A DNA stretch of 64,000 nucleotides from an uncultured Bacilli bacterium (GTDB lineage Bacteria > Bacillota_I > Bacilli_A > RF39 > UBA660): positions 187,336 through 251,335 of the forward strand of contig CAKOQD010000001.1 of the NCBI GenBank assembly GCA_934101185.1. The letters are read 5' to 3'. Every line of letters starts with the position of its first letter. Positions within the stretch are counted from its first letter, which is position 1. The position numbers and the translations under genes are program-made. The notes under the pieces were generated by a model. That model was given only the letters and a program-made list of their open reading frames with translations, made no database searches and was not told the DNA's origin. Below are positions 1 through 12,262 of the stretch, piece by piece.

Positions 1-3775
<3,775 letters not shown>

Positions 3776-3845
3776 AAAAAATCACCCCTACTTTCAAATT
3801 TTTAAACAACAATTTGTCCTCAAATAGACAAATAACCAACTTATA

Positions 3846-3874
3846 TTATTACCACAATTCAGTCAATTTGTCAA
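3846..3874 (-). promoter_or_regulatory. Candidate sigmaA promoter for rpoB (TTGACA-17-TAATAA, TG upstream of the -10)
   Basis: On the minus strand, TTGACA (3874-3869) overlaps the methyltransferase stop codon. A 17-nt spacer follows, then TAATAA (3851-3846). Confidence 0.4.
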
Positions 3875-4455
3875 TTAAAAATACATTTTATTACAAAAAA
3901 ACCTTTATTTTTATTCAAAACTTCTACTTCTCCCACTAAAGACAAATCTTTAATAACACTTTTAGCACCTTGATCCTTATTAATAACAAAAATCAAAGAA
4001 CCTCCAGGTACTAAATAATCTTTAGCATCAAATAAAAACTTATACAAAATATCCTTTCCCGCCCTTATTGGGGGATTAGTAATAATAAAATCGTATTTTT
4101 TCGAAACATCAGAATAAATATCACTATAAAAAACATTAGCAACAACTTTATTCTTAGACACATTCATCTTAGCAAGATGAATAGCCCTCTTATTAACATC
4201 AACCAAATCATAATTGCCATGAAAAAAAGAAGATAAAATGATTCCAATAACACCATAGCCACAACCAATATCCAAAATATTTCCATGTATATCCATATCA
4301 AGAACAGTATCAATCAAACTTCTACTGCCAAAATCAAGACCACGTTTAGAAAACACTCCATTATCAGTATAAAAACTAAAAGTCTTATCTTTAACTTTTA
4401 CCAATATTTCTTTTATATTACTTTCAATATTATCATTAGTAAAATAGTGAGTCAT
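3871..4455 (-). CDS. Class I SAM-dependent RNA methyltransferase (RsmC/YbxB-like)
   Basis: The protein has the motifs ILDIGCGYGVIG and NPPIRAGK. It lies between rplL and rpoB, the same position as B. subtilis ybxB. Confidence 0.8.
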   Translation of the reverse strand: MTHYFTNDNIESNIKEILVKVKDKTFSFYTDNGVFSKRGLDFGSRSLIDTVLDMDIHGNILDIGCGYGVIGIILSSFFHGNYDLVDVNKRAIHLAKMNVSKNKVVANVFYSDIYSDVSKKYDFIITNPPIRAGKDILYKFLFDAKDYLVPGGSLIFVINKDQGAKSVIKDLSLVGEVEVLNKNKGFFVIKCIFN

Positions 4456-4514
4456 TTTTCCTCCCTTTTATACGACAAAAAGCCCATCGTAAAAACAGGC
4501 TTTAAATCAATCAA

Positions 4515-4880
4515 TTATTTTAATTCAATTTCAGCGCCAGCTTCTTCTAATCTAGCTTTTAATTCATTAGCTTCTTCAGCAGGAATATTTTCTTTAATAT
4601 TTCCACCAGCATCAGCGATATCTTTAGCTTCTTTTAATCCTAAACCAGTAACTTCTCTAATTATTTTAATGACATTAATTTTTGCTGCACCAGCATTTTT
4701 AAGAACTACAGTTAATGTAGATGGTCCTTCTTCAGCTGCTGCTGCAGGAGCTGCTGCTACTGCAACTGCACTTGGATCAACACCAAATTCTTCTTTCATT
4801 GCATCAACTAATTCCTTTACTTCTAATAATGTCATTTCTTTTAAAGAGCTAATAAATTCTTCTTTTGTAATTTTTGCCAT
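4515..4880 (-). CDS. rplL: 50S ribosomal protein L7/L12
   Basis: The 121-aa product has an Ala-rich hinge ([14 protein letters not shown]) and a conserved C-terminal domain ([11 protein letters not shown]...[11 protein letters not shown]). Confidence 0.97.
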   Translation of the reverse strand: MAKITKEEFISSLKEMTLLEVKELVDAMKEEFGVDPSAVAVAAAPAAAAEEGPSTLTVVLKNAGAAKINVIKIIREVTGLGLKEAKDIADAGGNIKENIPAEEANELKARLEEAGAEIELK

Positions 4881-4916
4881 AATATTTTTTCCTCCCTTAA
4901 TTTAATTTATTAATTA

Positions 4917-5408
4917 TTAATTTTCTTTTTGTTCTGTATAAAGATTTAAAGCAATAGATAAATCTTTAACAATTTGAATCATACCACCAGCAAGCATTGT
5001 ATATAATCCTTCACGTGATGGAATCTTAGCAAACTCATCTAGTTTATCTTTATCTGCCACATTACCTTCAACCATACCTGCTTTAAGTACTAAAGCATCA
5101 TTCTTTTTAGAACATTCACTAAGTACTTTAATTGCCGCTATATCATCATTTGAAAAAGCAATAGCAGTAGGCCCTTCCAAGTAACCGTCTAAGTCAATAT
5201 TTAAATCCTTAAGAGCAATCTTTAGTAATGTGTTTTTATAAACTTTGTAATCTGAATCATTTTCTCTAAGCTTAATTCTTAAATCTTTAGTATCATTATC
5301 AGTCATACCACGATAATCAAACAATACAAATGATTTACTATTATTTAACTTATCTTTAATTTCAGATACAACACCTTGTTTCATTTCCAAAACTTTAACA
5401 CTTGGCAT
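4917..5408 (-). CDS. rplJ: 50S ribosomal protein L10
   Basis: I trimmed the ORF to the ATG at 5408, which is preceded by GGAGGTG. It lies directly upstream of rplL and the product is L10-like (MPSVKVLEMKQGVVSEIKDKL...). Confidence 0.93.
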   Translation of the reverse strand: MPSVKVLEMKQGVVSEIKDKLNNSKSFVLFDYRGMTDNDTKDLRIKLRENDSDYKVYKNTLLKIALKDLNIDLDGYLEGPTAIAFSNDDIAAIKVLSECSKKNDALVLKAGMVEGNVADKDKLDEFAKIPSREGLYTMLAGGMIQIVKDLSIALNLYTEQKEN

Positions 5409-5541
5409 AAGACACCTCCTTATTATATTTACGTGCCTAAATAAAAGAGTCTTTATATGCAAAGACTCCAGATACTTTATAAAAGTCCTCGGTAGGATTT
5501 ACTTCAACACCTACTGTCTTTGGCACTTAAAAATCAAATTC
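5409..5541 (-). promoter_or_regulatory. Structured rplJ 5' leader (L10-leader-like autoregulatory RNA with an attenuator hairpin)
   Basis: The minus-strand RNA has a GUGCC...GGCAC closing stem and an inner GUAGG...CCUAC stem. It also has a GAGUCUUUGCAUAUAAAGACUC hairpin (5447-5468) followed by UUUUAUUU. This position and architecture are typical of the Firmicute L10 leader. Confidence 0.55.
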
Positions 5542-5547
5542 AATAGT

Positions 5548-5576
5548 ATTATACACTATTTTATATTAATTGTCAA
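5548..5576 (-). promoter_or_regulatory. Consensus sigmaA promoter for rplJL (TTGACA-17-TATAAT)
   Basis: On the minus strand, TTGACA (5576-5571) lies inside the last rplA codons (AGT TTT GAC AAT TAA). An exact 17-nt spacer follows, then TATAAT (5553-5548). Confidence 0.7.
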
Positions 5577-6264
5577 AACTATTTTGATCAATTCTTACAG
5601 ATGGACTCATAGTAGCAGAAACACTAATAGATTTTACATAAGTTCCTTTAGCAGTTTGAGGTTTAGCCCTTAAAATAGTCTTAACAAACGCATTTAAGTT
5701 TTCAGCTAAATCTTCATTACTAAATGAAGCCTTACCAATAATTCCATGAACATTTCCATAACTATCTGTTCTATATTCAACTCTACCTGCTTTAGCTTCA
5801 AGTACAGCTTGTTTAACATTATTAGTAACTGTACCAGTCTTAGGATTTGGCATTAAACCTTTTGGTCCTAAAACTTTACCTAATTTACCAAGTTGAGGCA
5901 TCATATCAGGAGTAGCTATAATTGTATCATATGAAAACCAATTTTCTTTTTGAATCTTTTCAATCATATCAGTATCTCCAACATAATCAGCACCAGCTTC
6001 AACTGCTTCTTTAGCATGATCACCCTTAGCAAGAACTAATACTCTACAAGTCTTACCTGTACCTTTTGGTAATGTAATAGCACCCCTTAATTGTTGATCA
6101 GCTTTTTTAACATCTAAGTTAAGATTCATAGCAACTTCAATTGTTGCATCAAACTTAGTATTAGCAAGTTCTTTAACTAATGAAATAGCTTCCTCACTAG
6201 TATAAAGCTTTCCTTTTTCAACTTTTGCAACTAGAGTTTTATAATTTTTTCCTCTATTTTTCAT
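5566..6264 (-). CDS. rplA: 50S ribosomal protein L1
   Basis: I trimmed the ORF to the ATG at 6264, preceded by AAGGAGG. The product has L1 sequence ([12 protein letters not shown]...[18 protein letters not shown]). Confidence 0.96.
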   Translation of the reverse strand: MKNRGKNYKTLVAKVEKGKLYTSEEAISLVKELANTKFDATIEVAMNLNLDVKKADQQLRGAITLPKGTGKTCRVLVLAKGDHAKEAVEAGADYVGDTDMIEKIQKENWFSYDTIIATPDMMPQLGKLGKVLGPKGLMPNPKTGTVTNNVKQAVLEAKAGRVEYRTDSYGNVHGIIGKASFSNEDLAENLNAFVKTILRAKPQTAKGTYVKSISVSATMSPSVRIDQNSFDN

Positions 6265-6281
6265 TGTTTTAACCTCCTTAT

Positions 6282-6323
6282 GTGGTAATTGCGGTTTTAC
6301 CTCCCACATAGGGTAACCCTATG
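6282..6323 (-). promoter_or_regulatory. Possible L1-binding leader element upstream of rplA (GUGGGAGG...CCAC plus a hairpin)
   Basis: The minus-strand RNA reads CAUAGGGUUACCCUAUG (a hairpin) followed by GUGGGAGGUAAAACCGCAAUUACCAC. GGGAGG inside a GUGG/CCAC stem resembles the 23S L1-stalk binding-site mimic used for L1 autoregulation. Confidence 0.35.
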
Positions 6324-6340
6324 TATAATAACTAATTTAT

Positions 6341-6766
6341 TTATTCTGCTATAGTTATTCCCATGTTTTTAGCAGTACCTTCAACAATTTTCATTGCTTC
6401 TTCAACAGAATAAGCATTCAAATCAGGTAATTTAATTTCAGCAATTTCTCTTAATTGTTCTTTTGTTAAAGTACCAACAACTTCCTTAGAACCCTTAACA
6501 GATCCTTTTTGAACCTTAGCATACTTTTTAATTAAGAATGCAGCAGGTGGAGTTTTAATTACAAAATCAAATGTTCTATCATCATAAATAGATATTTCAA
6601 CTGGTAATACATCCCCCATTTTTTCTCTTGTAGCATCATTGTACTTTGTACAAAATTCACTTAAATTAATTCCTGTAGGACCTAAAACTGTACCAACTGG
6701 TGGAGCTGGTGTAGCTTTTCCTGCAGCAATTTGTAATTTAACCTTTTTAGTAACTTCCTTTGCCAC
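6341..6766 (-). CDS. rplK: 50S ribosomal protein L11
   Basis: I trimmed the ORF to the GTG at 6766, which lies 7 nt downstream of GGAGGTG. The product is L11 (AKEVTKKVKLQIAAGKATPAPPVGTVLGP...). Confidence 0.95.
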   Translation of the reverse strand: MAKEVTKKVKLQIAAGKATPAPPVGTVLGPTGINLSEFCTKYNDATREKMGDVLPVEISIYDDRTFDFVIKTPPAAFLIKKYAKVQKGSVKGSKEVVGTLTKEQLREIAEIKLPDLNAYSVEEAMKIVEGTAKNMGITIAE

Positions 6767-6799
6767 GAAAAACACCTCCATAATTTTTTGTTAATTCGC

Positions 6800-6846
6800 G
6801 AGTGGTCTTAATAGCATGACCGCAAATAGCTAAATGCCTCCCACTA
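6800..6846 (-). promoter_or_regulatory. Possible L1-binding leader element upstream of rplK (second GUGGGAGG...CCAC motif)
   Basis: The minus-strand RNA reads AGUGGGAGGCAUUUAGCUAUUUGCGGUCAUGCUAUUAAGACCACU. It has the same GUGGGAGG/CCAC architecture as the element at 6282-6307. Confidence 0.35.
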
Positions 6847-6911
6847 AATATATATTTAAAAAATATATAGCGTTTAAATAATATCACTAAATCAGAAAAA
6901 ATGCAAGTATT

Positions 6912-7445
6912 TTATGCTTTTTCTATTTGAGATATTTCAACTTCAACTGAAGTTTCTTGTCCAAATAAGTCAAGTAACACTGTAAGAACTTGATTAGGTA
7001 AATCCAAAGACTCAATCTTACCTTCCATTCCAGAAAAAGGACCAGAAGTAACTTTAACAAGTTCTCCAACAGCTAAGTCAGTAGAAACTTCAAGTCTTGA
7101 CATACCCATGTTATTAAGTATTTTATCAACTTCATATGGTTGTAATGGAGTAGGTTTAGCACCTTTACCACTTGATCCAATAAACCCTGTAACACCTGGA
7201 GTATTACGCACAACAAACCAAGCTTCATCAGTCATAATCATTTCAACAAGAACATATCCTGGAAATAACTTTTTAGTCTTTTCTTTAGTAACTCCATCTT
7301 TCACTTCAACCTCAGTAGTCTCAGGAACAATTACTCTAAAAATATAATCTTCCATTCCCATTGAAGAAGCCCTCATAAGTAACTTTTCTTGAACCTTTTT
7401 TTCATGTCCAGAATAAGTATTAACAACATACCACTTTTTATCCAT
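6912..7445 (-). CDS. nusG: Transcription termination/antitermination factor NusG
   Basis: The 177-aa product starts MDKKWYVVNTYSGHEKKV and has a KOW motif near the C-terminus. It lies in the conserved secE-nusG-rplK order. Confidence 0.96.
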   Translation of the reverse strand: MDKKWYVVNTYSGHEKKVQEKLLMRASSMGMEDYIFRVIVPETTEVEVKDGVTKEKTKKLFPGYVLVEMIMTDEAWFVVRNTPGVTGFIGSSGKGAKPTPLQPYEVDKILNNMGMSRLEVSTDLAVGELVKVTSGPFSGMEGKIESLDLPNQVLTVLLDLFGQETSVEVEISQIEKA

Positions 7446-7446
7446 A

Positions 7447-7611
7447 CTATCTTAATCCTTTCAAAAATGCCATTAAAACATTTAAACCATAAAAATATAA
7501 AGCTAAAAATATAGTCATACCAAAACATGCAACCGAATACTTAACCATATACTTTTTATCAGGCCATTTCACTTTTGACATTTCACTTTTTACATTCTTT
7601 AACGCTTTCAT
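7447..7611 (-). CDS. secE: Preprotein translocase subunit SecE (54 aa, too short for the ORF track)
   Basis: I translated this by hand as MKALKNVKSEMSKVKWPDKKYMVKYSVACFGMTIFLALYFYGLNVLMAFLKGLR. GAGGTGG lies upstream of the ATG, there is a single TM helix, and the gene sits immediately upstream of nusG. Confidence 0.85.
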   Translation of the reverse strand: MKALKNVKSEMSKVKWPDKKYMVKYSVACFGMTIFLALYFYGLNVLMAFLKGLR

Positions 7612-7703
7612 AATCCACCTCTTAATTATATGTTTTATTCCAAAATAAAAACACTTTCGTGCTCACAACTAAAGGATAGCACAAAGAATACAAAAAGTCA
7701 ATA

Positions 7704-7729
7704 AAAAACACTGAAAATTCAGTGTTTTT
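7704..7729 (-). terminator. Rho-independent terminator after the M23 peptidase gene
   Basis: AAAAACACTGAAAATTCAGTGTTTTT is a perfect inverted repeat flanked by A and T runs. It abuts the stop codon at 7728-7730. Confidence 0.7.
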
Positions 7730-8855
7730 ACCAAGAAAGTGGAAAATTCTCATACATATCCATAGGATCAATTGTAGCACCATAGCCACTTCCTTCCATA
7801 ACTTGAAAATGTAAATGTGGTCCTGTAGAAACACCAGTCGAACCAACTTCTCCAATTTTTTGTCCCCTTTGAACAATTTGACCAGATCTGACTGTAGCCT
7901 TACTTAAATGCCCATATAAAGAAGTATAAGTTTGTCCTTTAACATTATGTACAATAAGCACTGCTCTACCAAATCCACCATAATTTTCATAACTATCAGC
8001 ATAAGAAAATATTACTTTACCAGTTCCAGCAGCATAAACAGTTGTCCCTGAACCAGCGGCAATATCAATTCCATCATGATGGCTATCAGTACCATATACC
8101 GGATGAATTCTACCACCATAATATGAAGTTACATAGCCATATGGAGTAGGAAGTACAAATCCATAAGTTGAAGGAACATTTATAGAACATCTTGTTACAT
8201 CTTGATTTTCAGAACACCCTTCTTTCTTAAAAAATGCTATTTGATCTTTCAATGCTTTTATTTCTTCATCAGCATCCAAAGCATTTTCAGAATACTTTCT
8301 CTTTTGAGAACCGAGTTTTTCCATTTCAACTTTTATTTCATCATTAAGACCACTAAGCTTCTTTTGTTGTTCCTTTAACTCTTTTACTTTAGTCTCATTT
8401 TCCTTTATTAAAGCATTCATTTCATCAACCAATTTATCATTAGCTTCAGTAAGTTGTTCAGCAACAGAAAATCTATATATAAAATCTTCAAAACTATCTG
8501 CACCAAATATATACTTTAAATAGAAATTATCACTATTAGATATTTGATAAAAAGCAACTAAATCTTTTATTTCTTCCTCTTTAGCATCAATTTCCTTATC
8601 AAGTCTTTCTATCTCCTTTTGAGTACTTTCTTGATCCTTTCTAGCTTGAACTATTTGATTAGTAATTTCACTAATTCTCTTATTCGCCGCATCAATTCTA
8701 GCTTGAACCTCTTCACTCTTCTTTTCATTTTCAGCTTTTTCAGCCTCAATAGCTTTTATCTTAGCTCTATAATCCGCAATAGTTTGAGCATTAACAGTAC
8801 AAGGAATAATCATAACCATTGCAAATATCATCATCAAAACCCTTACCTTTTTCAT
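7728..8855 (-). CDS. Coiled-coil M23 peptidoglycan DD-metalloendopeptidase (EnvC/PcsB-like FtsEX partner)
   Basis: The protein has a signal peptide, a long coiled coil, and a C-terminal M23 domain (HHDGIDIA...GSTGVSTGPHLHF). It lies immediately downstream of ftsEX. Confidence 0.85.
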   Translation of the reverse strand: MKKVRVLMMIFAMVMIIPCTVNAQTIADYRAKIKAIEAEKAENEKKSEEVQARIDAANKRISEITNQIVQARKDQESTQKEIERLDKEIDAKEEEIKDLVAFYQISNSDNFYLKYIFGADSFEDFIYRFSVAEQLTEANDKLVDEMNALIKENETKVKELKEQQKKLSGLNDEIKVEMEKLGSQKRKYSENALDADEEIKALKDQIAFFKKEGCSENQDVTRCSINVPSTYGFVLPTPYGYVTSYYGGRIHPVYGTDSHHDGIDIAAGSGTTVYAAGTGKVIFSYADSYENYGGFGRAVLIVHNVKGQTYTSLYGHLSKATVRSGQIVQRGQKIGEVGSTGVSTGPHLHFQVMEGSGYGATIDPMDMYENFPLSW

Positions 8856-9775
8856 TATACTCTTACATACCTCCTTACAGCACGACCACTACCAATCATA
8901 CCAACAACCATACCAATAATTAATATAATTACTGAGACATTAATTACAAATGGTATCGGAGCAACAAGTTTTATTACTGGTGAGAATAAGATTCCTCCAA
9001 AATAATCATATAAAGCTTTATATCCAAACACAACTATAAGCATTGGTATAATAGAACCAATCATTCCTAAAAATATTCCTTCAATAACAAATGGAAGTTT
9101 AATTCTAAGATTAGAAGCTCCAACAAGTCTCATAATACCAATTTCTTTTTTTCTAGAAAATATAGTAAGTTTAATAGTATTAATAATCAAAAACACAGTT
9201 ACCACTATCAACGAAAGAGCAATAGCATAAGTTATTTTTTTAATTGCATCAAATACTCCGACTAATTTTTCAACTAAACCTTCACCATATTGAACTGTAC
9301 TAACACAATTAATACTCTCAAGTTCTTTAGCAGTCTCACCAATCTTTTTAACATCCCTTACTTTAATAGTATAAGTATCTTTAAGAGGATTATTAGCATC
9401 ATCCCACTCTGCTAATACCGAACTAAAAGTATCATTTTCCTTTTGCATATCTTTCTTAACATCAGCTTTAGACTTATATGTAAAAGTATCAATATTACTA
9501 TTAGTCTTAACCGCAGATTCAAAATTCTCACGATCTAAATCAGAAACATCAGACTTTAAAAAAGCCACAATAGTAACATCACGTTCAATCTCCTTAGTAA
9601 AGTTTTGAACATTATCTGATAAAAGTAAAGCTGCTGCTATTATAATCAAAGTAATTGTAATACAAGAAACACTAGCTAAAGACAAACTAAAATTACGAAA
9701 AACACTCTTAAAAGCATCACGTAAACATCTAAAAAAAGTCCTACAAGTCTTCACGTTTAAAATACCCCCTTTCAT
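8855..9775 (-). CDS. ftsX: Cell division ABC transporter permease FtsX
   Basis: The topology is four TM helices with an extracellular loop domain, and the gene follows ftsE. The start is uncertain: ATG at 9775, ATG at 9796 or GTG at 9754. Confidence 0.85.
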   Translation of the reverse strand: MKGGILNVKTCRTFFRCLRDAFKSVFRNFSLSLASVSCITITLIIIAAALLLSDNVQNFTKEIERDVTIVAFLKSDVSDLDRENFESAVKTNSNIDTFTYKSKADVKKDMQKENDTFSSVLAEWDDANNPLKDTYTIKVRDVKKIGETAKELESINCVSTVQYGEGLVEKLVGVFDAIKKITYAIALSLIVVTVFLIINTIKLTIFSRKKEIGIMRLVGASNLRIKLPFVIEGIFLGMIGSIIPMLIVVFGYKALYDYFGGILFSPVIKLVAPIPFVINVSVIILIIGMVVGMIGSGRAVRRYVRV

Positions 9776-10436
9776 AATTCTTAACAAGTCTACCATCTTT
9801 TAACGCAATAACACGCTTCTTAAACTTTTCAACAATACTAATATCATGAGTAACCATAAGTATAGTAGTACCATCCTTATTAACATTTTCAAGTATTTCC
9901 ATAATTTCCATACTTATCTTAGGATCCAAATTACCAGTAGGTTCATCACAAATAAGAATCTTAGGATTATTAACAATAGCCCTAGCAATTGCAACCCTTT
10001 GTTGCTCTCCACCAGATAATTTATCAGGATATTCCTTAACCTTATCCTTTAATCCAACCTTATCCAAAACACTAACTACTCTTTTTCTTATTGTTTTATT
10101 ATCCGCACCAGTAACCTCTAAAGCAAATGCAACATTTTCATAAACAGTAAGCTTTGGAAGAAGTTTATAATCTTGAAACACTACTCCAAGCTTACGACGA
10201 AGCTTATACACTTTAGAATTTCTAAGCTTAGCAACATTAACCCCTCCGACAATTATCTCACCACGAGATGGTTTTTCTTCACGATAAAGCATCTTAATAA
10301 GAGTACTCTTACCAGAACCAGATCCTCCAATTATAAAAACAAAGTCCCCCTTTTCAATATTTAAATCTAAATCATATATAGCACCTACTCCATTAGGATA
10401 AGTTTTAAAAACATTCTTCATTTTAATTATATCCAA
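9741..10436 (-). CDS. ftsE: Cell division ATP-binding protein FtsE
   Basis: The protein has Walker A (GGSGSGKST), the ABC signature (LSGGEQQRV) and Walker B (ILICDEP). The probable start is TTG at 10436, 7 nt after GAGGTG; an alternative ATG lies at 10421. Confidence 0.9.
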   Translation of the reverse strand: MDIIKMKNVFKTYPNGVGAIYDLDLNIEKGDFVFIIGGSGSGKSTLIKMLYREEKPSRGEIIVGGVNVAKLRNSKVYKLRRKLGVVFQDYKLLPKLTVYENVAFALEVTGADNKTIRKRVVSVLDKVGLKDKVKEYPDKLSGGEQQRVAIARAIVNNPKILICDEPTGNLDPKISMEIMEILENVNKDGTTILMVTHDISIVEKFKKRVIALKDGRLVKNYERGYFKREDL

Positions 10437-10513
10437 AACAAAGCACCTCACTCTCTTATATCATTATAACATTAAAATAAAAAGAAAAAAACCATAAAAC
10501 AACAAAAAAAGAC

Positions 10514-11401
10514 TTATTTACATTTTAAGTCTTTTCCAATCATTTCATCTTGCATATGCACTTCATAACTATCACAAACAAATATAAAAGCAGAAGGATC
10601 AATCAAACCAATCATTTCCTTAGCTTCATAATAAGAAGAATTAGGAATAATACTCATAATCATTTTACGCTTTTCATCATTAAACTTACCCTTAACATTA
10701 TAAATAGTAGCATCATGTCCAAGCTCCTTATTCAAAACAAGAACTATTTCCTTATACTTATCACTAATTACATAAATAGCCTTATTCAAAGAAACCCCAA
10801 GCATAATCTTTTCTCCAACATACTTAGATATAAAAAGATACACAAAAGCATATAAAAGCATATTAAATCCAAATAAATAAACACCCATTCCTACGATAAA
10901 GAAATTAATAATAAAATTAACTTTAGTAATAGAAATATGAAAATACTTAAATATAATTCTTGCAATAACATTAATACCTCCAGTATTAAGTCCTTGTTTA
11001 TAAACAATACCTTGACAAACTCCACCAATTAACCCTGCAAAAAGCACAAGAAGTAAAACATTAGAACTATCAATATAAATAATACCCCCAATACCAGAAG
11101 TAACCTTTATAAACAAAGGATAAACAATACCCGCAAAAAGTGCCGCTATTGAATTAATTGCATCCAAATATATATAACTAAGTATAAAACATATAATAGA
11201 AAGCACAAAAATACTAACCGAAGCATCAAAACCAAACATTTCTCTAAAAACAATTGCAAGACCACTCGTACCACCAGAAACTAAGTTAATCGGAGAAACA
11301 AAAAGATTAAAACATAAAGCAGAAAAAAACATAGCAATAGACATATAAGTAAATCTTTTAACATTATTCTTGTCATTAATAAAAGCTTTAATATCAAACA
11401 T
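10514..11401 (-). CDS. YitT family membrane protein (DUF2179 C-terminal domain)
   Basis: This is a multi-TM protein with a C-terminal soluble domain, similar to B. subtilis YitT/YpjC-type proteins. I trimmed the ORF to the ATG at 11401. Confidence 0.7.
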   Translation of the reverse strand: MFDIKAFINDKNNVKRFTYMSIAMFFSALCFNLFVSPINLVSGGTSGLAIVFREMFGFDASVSIFVLSIICFILSYIYLDAINSIAALFAGIVYPLFIKVTSGIGGIIYIDSSNVLLLVLFAGLIGGVCQGIVYKQGLNTGGINVIARIIFKYFHISITKVNFIINFFIVGMGVYLFGFNMLLYAFVYLFISKYVGEKIMLGVSLNKAIYVISDKYKEIVLVLNKELGHDATIYNVKGKFNDEKRKMIMSIIPNSSYYEAKEMIGLIDPSAFIFVCDSYEVHMQDEMIGKDLKCK

Positions 11402-11402
11402 T

Positions 11403-12260
11403 TTACTCACCACCAAGCACTTCATAAGCATCTAAAACAGTAAAAAATGCCTCTTTATCAATAGTTTTTATACCCTCTTTAAACTTATAATACTCCTTCG
11501 TAGGAATAAGAGTAAATAAAACCTTAGTCTTTTCATTAGAATAAGCACCACGAGCATCAAAAACAGTAACACCATGTCCTAACTCATCAATTACAAAAGA
11601 AGAAATTCTATCAACTTCACTAGTAACTATATAAAAAGCTTTCTTATCAGAAATGCCAAGCATAGACTTATCAACAGAAACACTAATAATATATAAAATA
11701 ATAATAGCATACAAACACTTAGTCCATCCAAATATAAAAGCACCAATAAGCACAATAGAACCATCCACAATAAGCATAGCATTACCCATTGAAATCTTAA
11801 GATACTTATGCAAAATTTGATTAAGTATATCAGTACCACCCATAGTATAACCATTCTTAAAAACAAGACCAACTCCAAAACCATACATAACTCCTCCAAA
11901 TAAAGCAAGAAGAAGTTGATCCCCCATATCAACCTTAATTAAATCTCCAACATTTGCAGTTAATTGCACAAAAAGAGGAAACAAAACAGCAACAACCAAC
12001 GCTTTAATAACAGGTTCACTACCCAAAAATATTGCACCAATAAAAAGCAAAACAAAAGAAAGTACAAAAATTATAAACGATGGATTAAGATCAATAAAAT
12101 TAGTAATAATAACACTGACACCCGTAAGACCACCAAAAACAATATCATTTGGATAAATAAATAAATTAAAACTAACCGCAGCAATAAATACACCAAGTAT
12201 AACAAATAAAAATCTTTTAATCTTATTCTTATTATTAACAATACTTAAAATATTTTCCAT
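11403..12260 (-). CDS. YitT family membrane protein (tandem paralogue)
   Basis: It has the same architecture and recognisable similarity to the neighbouring ORF (GGTSG/GGLTG, GGINV/GGTDI motifs). Confidence 0.7.
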   Translation of the reverse strand: MENILSIVNNKNKIKRFLFVILGVFIAAVSFNLFIYPNDIVFGGLTGVSVIITNFIDLNPSFIIFVLSFVLLFIGAIFLGSEPVIKALVVAVLFPLFVQLTANVGDLIKVDMGDQLLLALFGGVMYGFGVGLVFKNGYTMGGTDILNQILHKYLKISMGNAMLIVDGSIVLIGAFIFGWTKCLYAIIILYIISVSVDKSMLGISDKKAFYIVTSEVDRISSFVIDELGHGVTVFDARGAYSNEKTKVLFTLIPTKEYYKFKEGIKTIDKEAFFTVLDAYEVLGGE

Positions 12261-12262
12261 AA

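Noticed and set aside
4285-4905. A 206-aa plus-strand ORF antisense to the methyltransferase and rplL. Similar antisense ORFs occur at 7108-7347, 8619-9005, 10173-10364, 10550-10855, 11964-12164, 14340-14525, 16332-16538, 16704-16922, 24098-24400, 27118-27357, 28789-29016, 29881-30150, 31994-32254, 32563-32886, 34377-34733, 35256-35549, 37148-37342, 37935-38207, 38448-38675, 40719-40937, 42396-42596, 47090-47365, 48737-48922, 51721-52008, 52815-53009, 53248-53490, 55312-55536, 59973-60284 and 60256-60648.
   Set aside because: All lie opposite well-supported conserved genes. Their translations are low-complexity, typical of shadow ORFs in AT-rich DNA (Ile/Phe/Ser/Asn/Lys rich). They lack RBSs.
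7612-7727. Is rpmG (L33) present upstream of secE, as in Bacillus?
   Set aside because: The gap is only about 115 nt, and no L33-like reading frame (about 50 aa with CxxC pairs) is present on either strand.
11627-11932. Same-strand, out-of-frame ORFs nested inside real genes. These occur at 11627-11932, 13346-13588, 19215-19478, 20464-20658, 20838-21026, 21866-22114, 22295-22714, 22944-23321, 23285-23740, 24707-24898, 25331-25516, 26022-26237, 28032-28217, 36390-36635, 48210-48419 and 7622-7876.
   Set aside because: They overlap conserved CDSs in alternative frames or on the opposite strand, have Leu/Phe/Ile-rich nonsense composition, and show no independent start signals.
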